NCBI GenBank assembly: GCA_029880325.1
Contig: JAOUOP010000018.1
Location: forward strand, 58,055 to 122,054
Reading direction: 5' to 3'
From: Myxococcales bacterium
GTDB taxonomy: Bacteria > Myxococcota_A > Polyangia > Polyangiales > JAFGIB01
Length of the DNA stretch: 64,000 nt
Below, piece by piece: positions 53,781-63,322 of this stretch (position 1 is its first letter; each line of letters begins with the position of its first letter). The notes under the pieces were generated by a model, which worked only from the letters and a program-made list of their open reading frames with translations, made no database searches and was not told where the DNA came from. Made by a program: the position numbers and the translations under genes.

Positions 53781-55532
53781 ATGCGGATCGAATGCGCCCA
53801 TTGCCAGCAGCAATTCGAACTCGAAGCCGGGGCCGAGCGGCGCTGCCCCAAGTGCATGCGCTCCAAGGGGTTGCGCACGCTTCCCGCGAAGGCCTCCACC
53901 GAGGGCGCAGGGACCAGGGCCGCCGGCACTGAAGCATTGGGGCGCGGGCGGCTGATCGCAGGCCTTGTGGGCGCCGCAGCCGTGATCGCGATCGTCGCCT
54001 TTGCGCTCCTGCGCCAGGGTGGCCCCGGCGGTGGCGCCGACGACGGCGGACAGCAAGTGGCCGCCGAGCTGAAGAAGCGCGGCATCGAAGCCGGCGAACT
54101 CGCGCGCCTGCTGGCCGCCGACGACGCCGTTTTGAGCTTTGCGCGCGAGGCGGCCGGGTCGGCCGACTCGGATGCCGCCAAGGCCGAAGCCCTGGTCAAG
54201 GCGATCCGGGCGCGGGCCAGCGCCGGCGCCTTCGTGCCCTGGTCGATGGTGGAGCCCCGCGCCGGAGCGCTGCGCCTGGGCGGGGAGCTGCTTTCGAGTC
54301 TCGGCAAGGACGGGGCCCGCGAGCGCCACTACCCGCTGGAACTGGCGGCGCTGACGGTGGCGGCCCTGCGCGCGCTGTCGACCGAGCAACCGGTATACTT
54401 GGCCGAGGTCTACGCCTACCCCGACGAAAAGGCGCCCCTGGATGCCTCCGGTCGCTTCGGCTACTTCGCCGTCGCCCTGGGCGGCACTCCGGAAGGCGCA
54501 AAGAACGAAAAAGGCCAGCAGGCCCAAGCCAAGGCGGTCAAGCCGCGCCTCTTTGACCCCTACGGCGGACGCAGCGCACAGCCGGCCCCCGGCGAGCTGC
54601 GGCTGCTGACAGACCTGGAAGCGGTGGGCGCAGCGCTGTCGCTCAAGGCCAACCAAGTGCTGGGCCAAAATGGCGAACCGGCCGCGGCCCTGCGCGACGC
54701 CGACGCCGCCATCGCGCTGTATCCAACCTCGGCTTCGGTGCGCACCACGCGGGGCATGGTGCTGCTGTCGAGCGGCGGCGAGCAGGAGGGCCGCGGCGAG
54801 CTCGAAGCGGCGGCCCAGATGCGCCCCGACGGCCCGCGCCGACACAACGCCGCGGTGCTGGCCCTGGCCACCGGCGGCCAATCGGAAGCCTCCAAACAGC
54901 TGGCGCTGGCGCTGGAACAGTACCCGGAGTACGCGGCGGCGCTCACGACCCTGGCCACGCTACAGATGGCCAGTGGCGAGCGTGAACAGGCCCAGAGCAC
55001 GCTCGAACGGGTCGAAGGCCTCGATCGGGAGCTGCCCTCGCTGCCGCTGGCCTGGGCCCAGTGGTACATGAGCGGCGGTGACCTGCAGCAGGCGCTGGCC
55101 CGGGCCGAGCGCGCCGTGGAGCTGAGCCCCGACAATCCGCAACCACGGCTGATGCTCGCGCGCATGCAGCGTCAGGCTGGCGACTACGACGGCATGCGCG
55201 CCCATGCCCGCAAGGTCATGGAGCTGGTCGCCGAAAGCCAGAAGTCGCGGACCAAACTGCTGATCGAGCAGCTGCTGGGGCCGACGGCGCTGGAGGCGCC
55301 CGACGCCTTCGACGCTGAGGACGACGGGACGCCGGACGGCGGCATCGGAGAACTGGCCGATCCAGGCCAGCTCGATCTGTCGAGCGGCTCGAAGCTGATG
55401 GGCGGCGAGGGCAACTCGGGCCCCAGCCTGCTCGGCGGCGACGGGCCGGGGAGCTTGAAACTCGGCGGCGGGGCGCCGAAACTCCGTCTCGGTGGTTCCG
55501 GATCCGGACTGGGCCCGGCCCCGGCCAACTGA
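53781..55532 (+). CDS. Zinc-ribbon / TM / TPR-repeat protein
   Basis: MRIECAHCQQQFELEAGAERRCPKC is a zinc ribbon. The TM segment is LIAGLVGAAAVIAIVAFALL. The middle domain is transglutaminase-like in layout. Several TPR-like helices follow, e.g. ..ALEQYPEYAAALTTLATLQMASGEREQA.. Confidence 0.75.
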   Translation: MRIECAHCQQQFELEAGAERRCPKCMRSKGLRTLPAKASTEGAGTRAAGTEALGRGRLIAGLVGAAAVIAIVAFALLRQGGPGGGADDGGQQVAAELKKRGIEAGELARLLAADDAVLSFAREAAGSADSDAAKAEALVKAIRARASAGAFVPWSMVEPRAGALRLGGELLSSLGKDGARERHYPLELAALTVAALRALSTEQPVYLAEVYAYPDEKAPLDASGRFGYFAVALGGTPEGAKNEKGQQAQAKAVKPRLFDPYGGRSAQPAPGELRLLTDLEAVGAALSLKANQVLGQNGEPAAALRDADAAIALYPTSASVRTTRGMVLLSSGGEQEGRGELEAAAQMRPDGPRRHNAAVLALATGGQSEASKQLALALEQYPEYAAALTTLATLQMASGEREQAQSTLERVEGLDRELPSLPLAWAQWYMSGGDLQQALARAERAVELSPDNPQPRLMLARMQRQAGDYDGMRAHARKVMELVAESQKSRTKLLIEQLLGPTALEAPDAFDAEDDGTPDGGIGELADPGQLDLSSGSKLMGGEGNSGPSLLGGDGPGSLKLGGGAPKLRLGGSGSGLGPAPAN

Positions 55533-55586
55533 GCGCAAAAAAAATGCCCGCAGCGTCTGCGGCGTGGCCCACGACGGAGGTGGACG

Positions 55587-56192
55587 ATGGCGGATGAGGG
55601 TCTGAGCGGCACCCTGGCCGACGAACAGGCGGCGATGCAGAAGGGCAAGGGAGGCCAGCTCCTCATGCTGACGGCCTTCGCCCTGGCCTTGCTGGGCGGC
55701 CTCTTCTTTTTGATGGGCGGCGACGACGAGAATCGCGTCTACGGCGAGCTGGGCAAGAAAATCAACGGCCTGAAGATGGAGCACTTCGACCAATTCTGGG
55801 GCTGCGCCCTGGCCGGCGAAGACCTGCGCGACGTGAAGTCCAACGCCGACCTCAGCGCCCAGCTCGACTCCCGAGGGCGCGAAAGGGGCCAGGCCTACGG
55901 CGTGCACCTGCGCGACACCTGCCTGAAGAAGCTCGAGGACTTCGGTCCGAACCTGGAGGCCCTGATCGCCCCCGAGGACCTGAAGGAGCCCATCGCGGCC
56001 ATGGTCGAGGCCAACGGCAAGCTGCGCACCGCCGTCAGCAGCCTCGCCACCTACCTGGACAAGGACGAGCTCGAGTACGACAGCGACGAGGCCAGCGCAC
56101 CGATCAAGGACGCCACGCGCGCCTGGTACGACTTCAAGAAGGCCCACAAGGGCGCCAACGACGCCATCCGGACCAAGAAGGACGCCAAGTAA
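55587..56192 (+). CDS. Hypothetical single-pass membrane protein
   Basis: TM segment QLLMLTAFALALLGGLFFLMG, then a helical soluble domain. Coding-like composition. Confidence 0.65.
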   Translation: MADEGLSGTLADEQAAMQKGKGGQLLMLTAFALALLGGLFFLMGGDDENRVYGELGKKINGLKMEHFDQFWGCALAGEDLRDVKSNADLSAQLDSRGRERGQAYGVHLRDTCLKKLEDFGPNLEALIAPEDLKEPIAAMVEANGKLRTAVSSLATYLDKDELEYDSDEASAPIKDATRAWYDFKKAHKGANDAIRTKKDAK

Positions 56193-56341
56193 TTCAGCGG
56201 CGCCCCGCTGGTCACTTTTGGCGGCGTGCGATCTGCGCGACCGCGACATGGATGTCTGAGTTCAAGGTATTTTGCGGCGCGAAAAGCGCTCGTTTGCGCG
56301 TCTGAAACCGATGGCACCGCGCTTGCACCGCTCTGGCTGCC

Positions 56342-57202
56342 GTGTTCGAGGGCGGAAGGAAATTCGGGTGGGCAGGGCCCGTCGTCGCGCTGGTTGCGGC
56401 CTGCACGCCCCCGACGGCGGTACGTCGCACCACGCTGATCCCCACACCCTCGCTGCCAGCCCGGGTGGGCGCACCGCTTGCCGGCGGCGAGGGCCGCGGC
56501 GGCCTGGAACTCAACGCCGGCCACCTGACGCCCGATCTGGTGTTCGAGGACGGCGAGTTCGGCGACCCCGGAGTGCTGATCCCCGACGCCCACCTGGGCG
56601 GCAGCTTCTACTTCGGCTTGCACGACCTGATCGAAGTCGGCGGGCACCTGCAGTACGCGCATGCGCGCTGGTCCTCACCCAACGTGCTCAACGTGTTGCC
56701 TTTCCCGAAGGGCACGCGTGATGACTTCTGGAAGGGTGGCCTGGGGGCCCGGCTCAACCTGAGGCTTGGCGGGGACCGGAAGCTGCGGCCTGCCCTCTCG
56801 CTGCTCGCCGAACTGGAAGCGGTCGGCCTACCCGAGGTGGTCTTCGTGCGGCAGGACGATGGCCGCTACGGGTTGAAAGAGGAGCGCAATTTCTTCTTTT
56901 TCGTGCCCAATGGCGCCGCACACCTCGGCCTGTCGATCGAACTGGGGACGTCGCCCCGCCAGGTTCTGCACGCCGGGGGGCTGGTCGGGCTGACCACGAG
57001 CGTCAAAAACGTGGGCTTCGACGAACTCGAGAACGTGGATGACGACACCACCGAGAGCTTTCTCGTGAGCTATGGCGGCGTCGGCGTCGACTACCGGGTC
57101 GAGTTCATCTTTATCGGTGGCCACGTCTATCTGCCCTTCGATGACCAGGAGATGGTCCGTTTCGGTCCCCGGCTGCAGCTGCAGGCGGGGTACGCCTTCT
57201 GA
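56342..57202 (+). CDS. Probable outer-membrane beta-barrel lipoprotein
   Basis: ..GPVVALVAACTPP (lipobox). Alternating beta-strand-like pattern. C-terminal ..RLQLQAGYAF ends in an aromatic residue. Confidence 0.65.
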   Translation: MFEGGRKFGWAGPVVALVAACTPPTAVRRTTLIPTPSLPARVGAPLAGGEGRGGLELNAGHLTPDLVFEDGEFGDPGVLIPDAHLGGSFYFGLHDLIEVGGHLQYAHARWSSPNVLNVLPFPKGTRDDFWKGGLGARLNLRLGGDRKLRPALSLLAELEAVGLPEVVFVRQDDGRYGLKEERNFFFFVPNGAAHLGLSIELGTSPRQVLHAGGLVGLTTSVKNVGFDELENVDDDTTESFLVSYGGVGVDYRVEFIFIGGHVYLPFDDQEMVRFGPRLQLQAGYAF

Positions 57203-57383
57203 CATCCCTCGTCGGTGCCAGGCCCCACGAGCGCCATCGCGCACGGAACGCCCGTCCAGGGCCTAGAGCCCGCGGAAACCTCGCGGACATCCAACCGGAC
57301 GCGAGCGAGCGGACGGGCGCCCAACTTTCGCGGAAACTGCACATGTGGTAGATGCGGTGCCGCTTCGACAGGAGATTTCAGCG

Positions 57384-58205
57384 ATGTCGGAACTGGTTCA
57401 AATCCGGATAGGCGGCCACCAAACTGGACTGGGAGCGACCTGCCGGGTGGATGACTGGAAGACCGGCCCCACGGCCACCTTCCTCGGTCTGTCCGCATTC
57501 ATCGTCTATTCGACCTGGGCCGCCCTGCAGGGCAGCCACTACTACGCCGGCCCCTATCTCTCGCCGATGTACTCGCCGGTGATCTGGACCGACTTGTCCC
57601 AGCTCGGCGCCGCGCCCCTCGAGCACGCCCTGCTCGGGGCTTGGCCCCAGTGGTGGCCGAGCTTCATCCCGGCGACACCGGCGGCGCTGATCCTGATCTT
57701 CCCGGGATCGTTTCGCTTCACCTGCTACTACTACCGCAAGGCCTATTACCGGGCCTTCGCCATGACGCCGCCCGGCTGCGCCGTCGGAGCGCGCCCCCAG
57801 GGCCAGTACAAGGGCGAAACCGCGCTGCTGATCTTCCAGAACTTGCACCGCTACGCGCTCTACTTCGCCATCGCCTTCATCTTCATCCTCTACTACGACG
57901 CCCTGCTCGCCTTCAAAAAGGACGGCGAGTTCGGCTTCGGCGTGGGCACGCTGATCCTGCTGATCAACCCGACGCTGCTGGGTGCCTACACCTTTGGCTG
58001 CCACTCCTGGCGCCATCTCATCGGCGGCGGCATCAACCTTCACTCGAAGTTTCCCATGCGCCATCAGCTGTGGAAGCTCGCGAGCTACCTCAACGAGCGC
58101 CACATGCGCTTCGCCTGGCTGAGCCTCTTTTGGGTCGCCTTCACCGACGTCTACGTGCGCCTGGTCTCCATGGGCGTCATCACCGACCTGAACACCTGGG
58201 GCTAG
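57384..58205 (+). CDS. sdhC: Succinate dehydrogenase/fumarate reductase cytochrome b subunit (b558-type)
   Basis: Immediately upstream of sdhA/sdhB. It has five hydrophobic segments with conserved His residues, e.g. ..FTCYYYRKAYY.. and ..GCHSWRHLIGG.. The start is taken at MSELVQ. Confidence 0.75.
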   Translation: MSELVQIRIGGHQTGLGATCRVDDWKTGPTATFLGLSAFIVYSTWAALQGSHYYAGPYLSPMYSPVIWTDLSQLGAAPLEHALLGAWPQWWPSFIPATPAALILIFPGSFRFTCYYYRKAYYRAFAMTPPGCAVGARPQGQYKGETALLIFQNLHRYALYFAIAFIFILYYDALLAFKKDGEFGFGVGTLILLINPTLLGAYTFGCHSWRHLIGGGINLHSKFPMRHQLWKLASYLNERHMRFAWLSLFWVAFTDVYVRLVSMGVITDLNTWG

Positions 58206-58214
58206 AGCAAGACC

Positions 58215-60047
58215 ATGGTCGACATCAACGAGCTACAGACCTTCGAGCATGACGTGCTCGTCATCGGCGCCGGTGGCGCCGGACTGCGCGCCGCCATCCA
58301 GTGCGCCGCGCTCGGCCTCGACACGGGCGTCGTCAGCAAGTCCCTGTTGGGCAAGGCCCACACGGTCATGGCCGAGGGCGGCATGGCCGCGGCCCTGCGC
58401 AACGTGGACAAGCGCGACAACTGGAAGGTGCACTTCCGCGACACCATGCGCGGCGGCAAGTTCCTCAACAACTGGCGCATGGCCCAGCTCCACGCCCAGC
58501 AGGCGCCCGATCGCGTGCGCGAGCTGGAAGACTGGGGCGCCGTCTTCGACCGCACGCCCGACGGCCTCATCAACCAGCGCAACTTCGGCGGTCACCGCTA
58601 CCCGCGCCTGGCCCACACCGGCGACCGCACGGGCCTCGAGCTAATCCGCACGCTGCAGGACCATGGCGTGCACCAAGGCTTCGCCACGCACATGGAGTGT
58701 AAGATCGTGGGCCTGCTCAAGGACGGCGACCGCATCGCCGGGGCCCTGGGCCTGTGGCGCGAGCACGGGCGCTTCGTGCTCTTCAAGGCCAAGGCCGTGA
58801 TCATGGGCACCGGCGGCGGCGGCCGCTGCTGGCGCGTCACCAGCAACAGCTGGGAATACTCCGGCGACGGCGCCACCCTGGCCTACGACGCTGGCGCCGA
58901 GCTGATGGACATGGAGTTCACCCAGTTCCACCCCACCGGCATGGTCTGGCCACCTTCGGTCAGCGGCGTGCTCGTGACCGAAGGCGTGCGCGGTGAAGGC
59001 GGCATCCTGCTCAACAACAAGGGTGAGCGCTTCATGTTCAACTACATTCCGGAGCGCTTCGCCCCGGAGACCGCCGACACCAAGGAAGAAGCGGCGCGCT
59101 GGCTCGAGGGCGACAAAAACGCCCGCCGTCCGCCGGAGCTGCTCACCCGCGACGTGGTGGCCCGCGCCATCCGCTCCGAGGTGCAGGCCGGGCGCGGCAG
59201 CCCCCACGGCGGCGCCTTCCTGGACATCGCCAACCAGCGGCCAGCGGAATACATCAAGAAGAAGCTCCCCTCCATGTACCACCAGTTCAAGGAGCTGGCC
59301 GAGGTGGACATCACCAAGGACCCGATGGAAGTGGGGCCGACCCTGCACTACTTCATGGGCGGCATCCGCGTGGACGCCGACAGCCAGATGTCCAAGGTGC
59401 CGGGGCTCTTCGCCTGCGGCGAGGCTTCGGCGGGCATGCACGGCGCCAACCGCCTGGGCGGCAACTCCCTGAGCGACCTGATCGTCTTCGGCAAGCTCTC
59501 GGGCGACGGCGCCGCCGACTACATCAAGACGCTGGAGGCGCCACCGCAGGTCAACGAAGACGAGGTCAAGGCCCTGGTCAAGCACTGCACCGACATCCTC
59601 AACCGCGAGGAAGGCCCCAACCCCTTCGTGGTGCACGAAGAGATTCAAGAGATCATGGGCGAAGGCGCCGGCATCGTGCGCCAGGGCGACGAGCTTTCGA
59701 CCGCCATCGAGAAGCTGCATCAGCTGCGGCCGCGCATCGACTCGGTCAAGGCCCACTCTGCCTCCCAGTTCAACGCCGGCTGGCACGAAGCCCTCGACCT
59801 GCACAGCCTGGTGACCACCGGCGAGGCCGTGGCGCGCTCGGCGCTGCTGCGCGAGGAAAGCCGCGGCGGCCACACGCGCCTGGACTTCGAAGGCGAGCGC
59901 GAAGAGTGGTCCAAATACAACATCGTCGTCAGCAAACAGCCCGACGGCACCATGCTCGCGCGCAAGGAAGAGCGACCGGACCCGCCCGAAGAGCTCGCGA
60001 AGATCGCCCACGCCAAGATCGAAGACCTGGAGGCCGGCAATGTCTAA
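58215..60047 (+). CDS. sdhA: Succinate dehydrogenase/fumarate reductase flavoprotein subunit
   Basis: VLVIGAGGAGLRAA (FAD), ..AHTVMAEGG.. (covalent FAD His context), ..HPTG.., ..GEASAGMHGANRLGGNSL.., ..REESRGGHTR.. Confidence 0.95.
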   Translation: MVDINELQTFEHDVLVIGAGGAGLRAAIQCAALGLDTGVVSKSLLGKAHTVMAEGGMAAALRNVDKRDNWKVHFRDTMRGGKFLNNWRMAQLHAQQAPDRVRELEDWGAVFDRTPDGLINQRNFGGHRYPRLAHTGDRTGLELIRTLQDHGVHQGFATHMECKIVGLLKDGDRIAGALGLWREHGRFVLFKAKAVIMGTGGGGRCWRVTSNSWEYSGDGATLAYDAGAELMDMEFTQFHPTGMVWPPSVSGVLVTEGVRGEGGILLNNKGERFMFNYIPERFAPETADTKEEAARWLEGDKNARRPPELLTRDVVARAIRSEVQAGRGSPHGGAFLDIANQRPAEYIKKKLPSMYHQFKELAEVDITKDPMEVGPTLHYFMGGIRVDADSQMSKVPGLFACGEASAGMHGANRLGGNSLSDLIVFGKLSGDGAADYIKTLEAPPQVNEDEVKALVKHCTDILNREEGPNPFVVHEEIQEIMGEGAGIVRQGDELSTAIEKLHQLRPRIDSVKAHSASQFNAGWHEALDLHSLVTTGEAVARSALLREESRGGHTRLDFEGEREEWSKYNIVVSKQPDGTMLARKEERPDPPEELAKIAHAKIEDLEAGNV

Positions 60048-60780
60048 GCGAACCTTCCGCGTCTGGCGCGGCGACAAGAGCGGCGGTGAATTCAAGGAGT
60101 ACAGCGTCGAAGTCGGCCCTGGCATGGTCGTGCTCGACGCCATCCACCGCATCCAGGCCGAGCACGCCTCCGACCTCGCCGTGCGCTGGAACTGCAAGGC
60201 CGGCAAGTGCGGTTCGTGCTCGATGGAAATCGATGGCATGCCCAAACTCGGCTGCATGACGCGCCTGGGCGACTACCCGGAAAACCACACCATCACCATC
60301 CAGCCCATGAAGACCTTCCCGCTGATCAAGGACCTGGTCACGGACGTCAGCTGGAACTACGAGCAGAACAAGCGCATCAAGCCCCTGCAGCCCAGGCCGC
60401 GCGACGCCGACGGCGAGCATCGCATGCAGCAGGACGACGTGGAGCGCACCCAGGAGTTCCGCAAGTGCATCGAATGCTACCTTTGCCAGAACACCTGCCA
60501 CGTACTGCGTGACCACGACCGCAAGGACGCCTTTATCGGGCCGCGCTTCATGATCCGCGTCGGCCAGCTGGCCATGCACCCCCTCGACACCGAGGACCGC
60601 ATCCCCGCCATCCGCGACGAATACGGCTCGGGCTACTGCAACATCACCCGCTGCTGCACCGAAGTCTGCCCCGAGCACATCAACATCACCGACAACGGCA
60701 TCATCCCGCTCAAGGAGCGCGTGGTCGACAGGTACTACGACCCGGTCAAGATGCTGCTGCGGAAGATCAGCGGGAAGTAG
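60040..60780 (+). CDS. sdhB: Succinate dehydrogenase/fumarate reductase iron-sulfur subunit
   Basis: ..RWNCKAGKCGSCSMEIDG.. (2Fe-2S) and ..CIECYLCQNTC....CTEVCP.. (4Fe-4S/3Fe-4S). It overlaps sdhA by 8 nt. Confidence 0.95.
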   Translation: MSKRTFRVWRGDKSGGEFKEYSVEVGPGMVVLDAIHRIQAEHASDLAVRWNCKAGKCGSCSMEIDGMPKLGCMTRLGDYPENHTITIQPMKTFPLIKDLVTDVSWNYEQNKRIKPLQPRPRDADGEHRMQQDDVERTQEFRKCIECYLCQNTCHVLRDHDRKDAFIGPRFMIRVGQLAMHPLDTEDRIPAIRDEYGSGYCNITRCCTEVCPEHINITDNGIIPLKERVVDRYYDPVKMLLRKISGK

Positions 60781-60852
60781 AAACGCAGACTCGCTTCGAG
60801 GTCGGACACGTACAGCTCTGGGACCAAAGCGGGCCAGTCCATTTGCGTCCGC

Positions 60853-61635
60853 CTACTGCCGGCCCCCCGGTCCACGCACCGCGGCCATCATGCCGCCATC
60901 GACGGGATAAGCCGCGCCCGTGATGAAGCTCGCGGCATCGCTGGCCAAAAATCCCACCAAGTTGGCGACCTCGGAGGGTTCGCCCACGCGCCGGAGCAGG
61001 TGCATTCGAGCCATCGCCTCGAGCGCCTCGGCCTGGCCGTGCATGGGCCCGAGGATGGGCGTGTCGATCACGCCCGGGCAGACGGCGTTGACGCGGATGC
61101 CGTGGCGGCCGAACTCGGCGGCTGCTGCCTTCACCAGGCCGACGACGCCATGCTTGCTCGCGAAATAGGAAGGCATTCCAGAGCCACCCACCAACCCGGC
61201 TACCGAAGCGGTGACCACGATGCTACCTCCACCAGCCTCGATCAGCACCGGAGCCACCGCCCGCATGCCGAGGAAGACGCCACGGAGATTGACCGCGATC
61301 ACAGCATCGAAAGCCTCGATGTCGCCGTCGAGAATCGATGAGGGACGGCCGATGCCGGCGTTGAGAAACACGGCGTGCACGCCGCCGTAGCGCGATTTCG
61401 CGGCCTCGACCATGGCCTGGTTATCGCTCGGCTCGGTCACGTCGGCGTGCAGCGCGTGGGCCTGACCTCCGTCCGCCCCGATCGCGGCAGCCACGCGCGC
61501 GGCGCCGGCGTCATCCACGTCGGCGACCACCACCGCTGCCCCGCGCGCGGCGAACATCCGCGCCGCGGCCTCCCCGATACCCGAAGCGCCACCAGTCACG
61601 ATCGCTACCTTGCCCTCGAATCCACTGTCGGCCAT
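60853..61635 (-). CDS. SDR-family oxidoreductase
   Basis: MADSGFEGKVAIVTGGASGIGEA (TGxxxGIG), NAG, and the catalytic S..YxxxK (YFASKHG). Confidence 0.9.
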   Translation of the reverse strand: MADSGFEGKVAIVTGGASGIGEAAARMFAARGAAVVVADVDDAGAARVAAAIGADGGQAHALHADVTEPSDNQAMVEAAKSRYGGVHAVFLNAGIGRPSSILDGDIEAFDAVIAVNLRGVFLGMRAVAPVLIEAGGGSIVVTASVAGLVGGSGMPSYFASKHGVVGLVKAAAAEFGRHGIRVNAVCPGVIDTPILGPMHGQAEALEAMARMHLLRRVGEPSEVANLVGFLASDAASFITGAAYPVDGGMMAAVRGPGGRQ

Positions 61636-61940
61636 GTTCGTTCTCCTCGCCAAGGTCAGCGCACGCTAGCATAGGCTGCGCCTCGAAGCCGAACGCTGCG
61701 CCGCAACAGCCGCGGCGCACGCCAGGGCCCCTCAGAAGCAGCAAATCGAGCCCACACCGCGCCCCCCCGTTCGCGCTGCTGCGAGACGAAACGCGCCGAC
61801 GGCCGATCATCACTGATGGCCATTTGAGCGGTCCGTTCTCGCACGCGGCGGCGCCGCCCCCCCGGCGCGCTCGCACTGGCCTGGGTGCCGCCATTTTGGT
61901 ACGTTCGCACGTCGGGTGCTCGCACGTGGCTGGGGTCGCA

Positions 61941-63227
61941 ATGCATGTCGTCGTCCTGCTGATCGCATCGGCGTCTGTGCTGGGCTGCGGCCTGAGTTCC
62001 AAAACGGCGGAGGCCGGAGTCGAGGTTGAGGGAAGCAGCGAGGCATCGGACGCTGCGCAAGCCGACCCTCAGACCGGTTCGCAGCGCCAATCGAAAATCG
62101 CCCAGTGCCGGGACAACAGCGACTGTCCCGCGCAGCTACCGCGCTGCGATCGTTCGGCAGAGCGCTGCGTAGAATGCGTGCTCAACGCCGACTGCCCGCT
62201 GCGAAAGCTGTGTGCGCAAAACACCTGCATCGAGACCCGCGTTTGTGATTCGAGCCTCGATTGCGACGCCAGCGACGGGGTCTCGATTGTGTGCGACACG
62301 GCCCTCCGAAGTTGCGTGCAGTGCCTGCGTGAAGCCGACTGCCCAGGCGACGAGACCTGCGGCAACGCCCAGTGCTGGCCCCGGTGCGAATCGGACACCA
62401 CCTGCACCCCGCTGGGTCTGCTTTGCGACCGCAGCGCGGGCTACTGCAGGCCTGCGGACAGCGTCGAATCCACGCCACCAACCCAAAGCTCCATGGACGC
62501 CGGTGTGATCACAGCCGACGCCATGGTGGACGCCATGGTGGACGCCATGGTGGACACCATGATGGACGCCATCGACGCATCGGCGCCCGACAGCTCGGTG
62601 CCAAACGCGGACGCAACCGTGGACGCGGGCCCGCCTGCTCCAGTGAACGTATTGGTGATCTTCGACAAGTCGGGCAGCATGGACCAGGCGTGGACGACCG
62701 ACTCGAAATGGTCAGTCGGAGGACAGGCCGTGGCCCAGGGGCTCGAACCATTCACCGACCGCCTGCGAGCAGGGGCGATCTTCTTTCCGCAGCCCGGCTC
62801 CTGTGACGTCGCCGCGTTCGACGATGCTCAGCAACTCGCCTTTCGATCAGGAGCCGAGTTCCTGGCAGCCTGGGAGTCGGCATTGACCACCCAGCTACCC
62901 AACGGCAGCACGCCCCTGGGTGTCGCGCTCCAAGTGGCCGATGCCGCGCTCACCACTGCACTCGCCTCGGCCGATGCTTCAACCTGGCCCACGGATGTGA
63001 TCCTGGTGACCGATGGCGAGCCGAATTGCTCTGCCGATATCACGGAAGCGCTTGCGCTGGTCGCGGGATGGGCGGCTGTGGGTATCGAGACGCTTGTGAT
63101 CGGATTGCCCGGATCCAGTGGGGCGGCCGACACGCTCGATTCCATCGCAGCCGCCGGCGGAACCGGCTCCCACATCGCCGCGACGGATGCGATGACGCTG
63201 AGCCAGACGATCACCAATAGGCTGTGA
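61941..63227 (+). CDS. Cys-rich plus vWA-domain lipoprotein (paralogous in architecture to 33194..34462)
   Basis: MHVVVLLIASASVLGCG (lipobox) at 61941. The Cys-rich N-domain has units such as CRDNSDCPAQLPRCD and CLREADCPGDETCG. The DAMVDAMVDAMVDTMMDAID repeat follows. MIDAS VIFDKSGSM.., ..LVTDGEPNC.. Confidence 0.8.
   Translation: MHVVVLLIASASVLGCGLSSKTAEAGVEVEGSSEASDAAQADPQTGSQRQSKIAQCRDNSDCPAQLPRCDRSAERCVECVLNADCPLRKLCAQNTCIETRVCDSSLDCDASDGVSIVCDTALRSCVQCLREADCPGDETCGNAQCWPRCESDTTCTPLGLLCDRSAGYCRPADSVESTPPTQSSMDAGVITADAMVDAMVDAMVDTMMDAIDASAPDSSVPNADATVDAGPPAPVNVLVIFDKSGSMDQAWTTDSKWSVGGQAVAQGLEPFTDRLRAGAIFFPQPGSCDVAAFDDAQQLAFRSGAEFLAAWESALTTQLPNGSTPLGVALQVADAALTTALASADASTWPTDVILVTDGEPNCSADITEALALVAGWAAVGIETLVIGLPGSSGAADTLDSIAAAGGTGSHIAATDAMTLSQTITNRL
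62517..62576. repeat. In-frame 12-bp tandem repeat (gacgccatggtg x3 plus 2 degenerate units)
   Basis: Read directly. It encodes (DAMV)n in the vWA lipoprotein linker. Confidence 0.8.
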
Positions 63228-63322
63228 GCGGGGCGTTTCTTGCGGAGCTGAGCGACGCGAGCCCCGGGAGGCCCCCGGCTGGGAACCGCGGCCACCGTGA
63301 ACACTGCGGCCCCGATGGGGGC

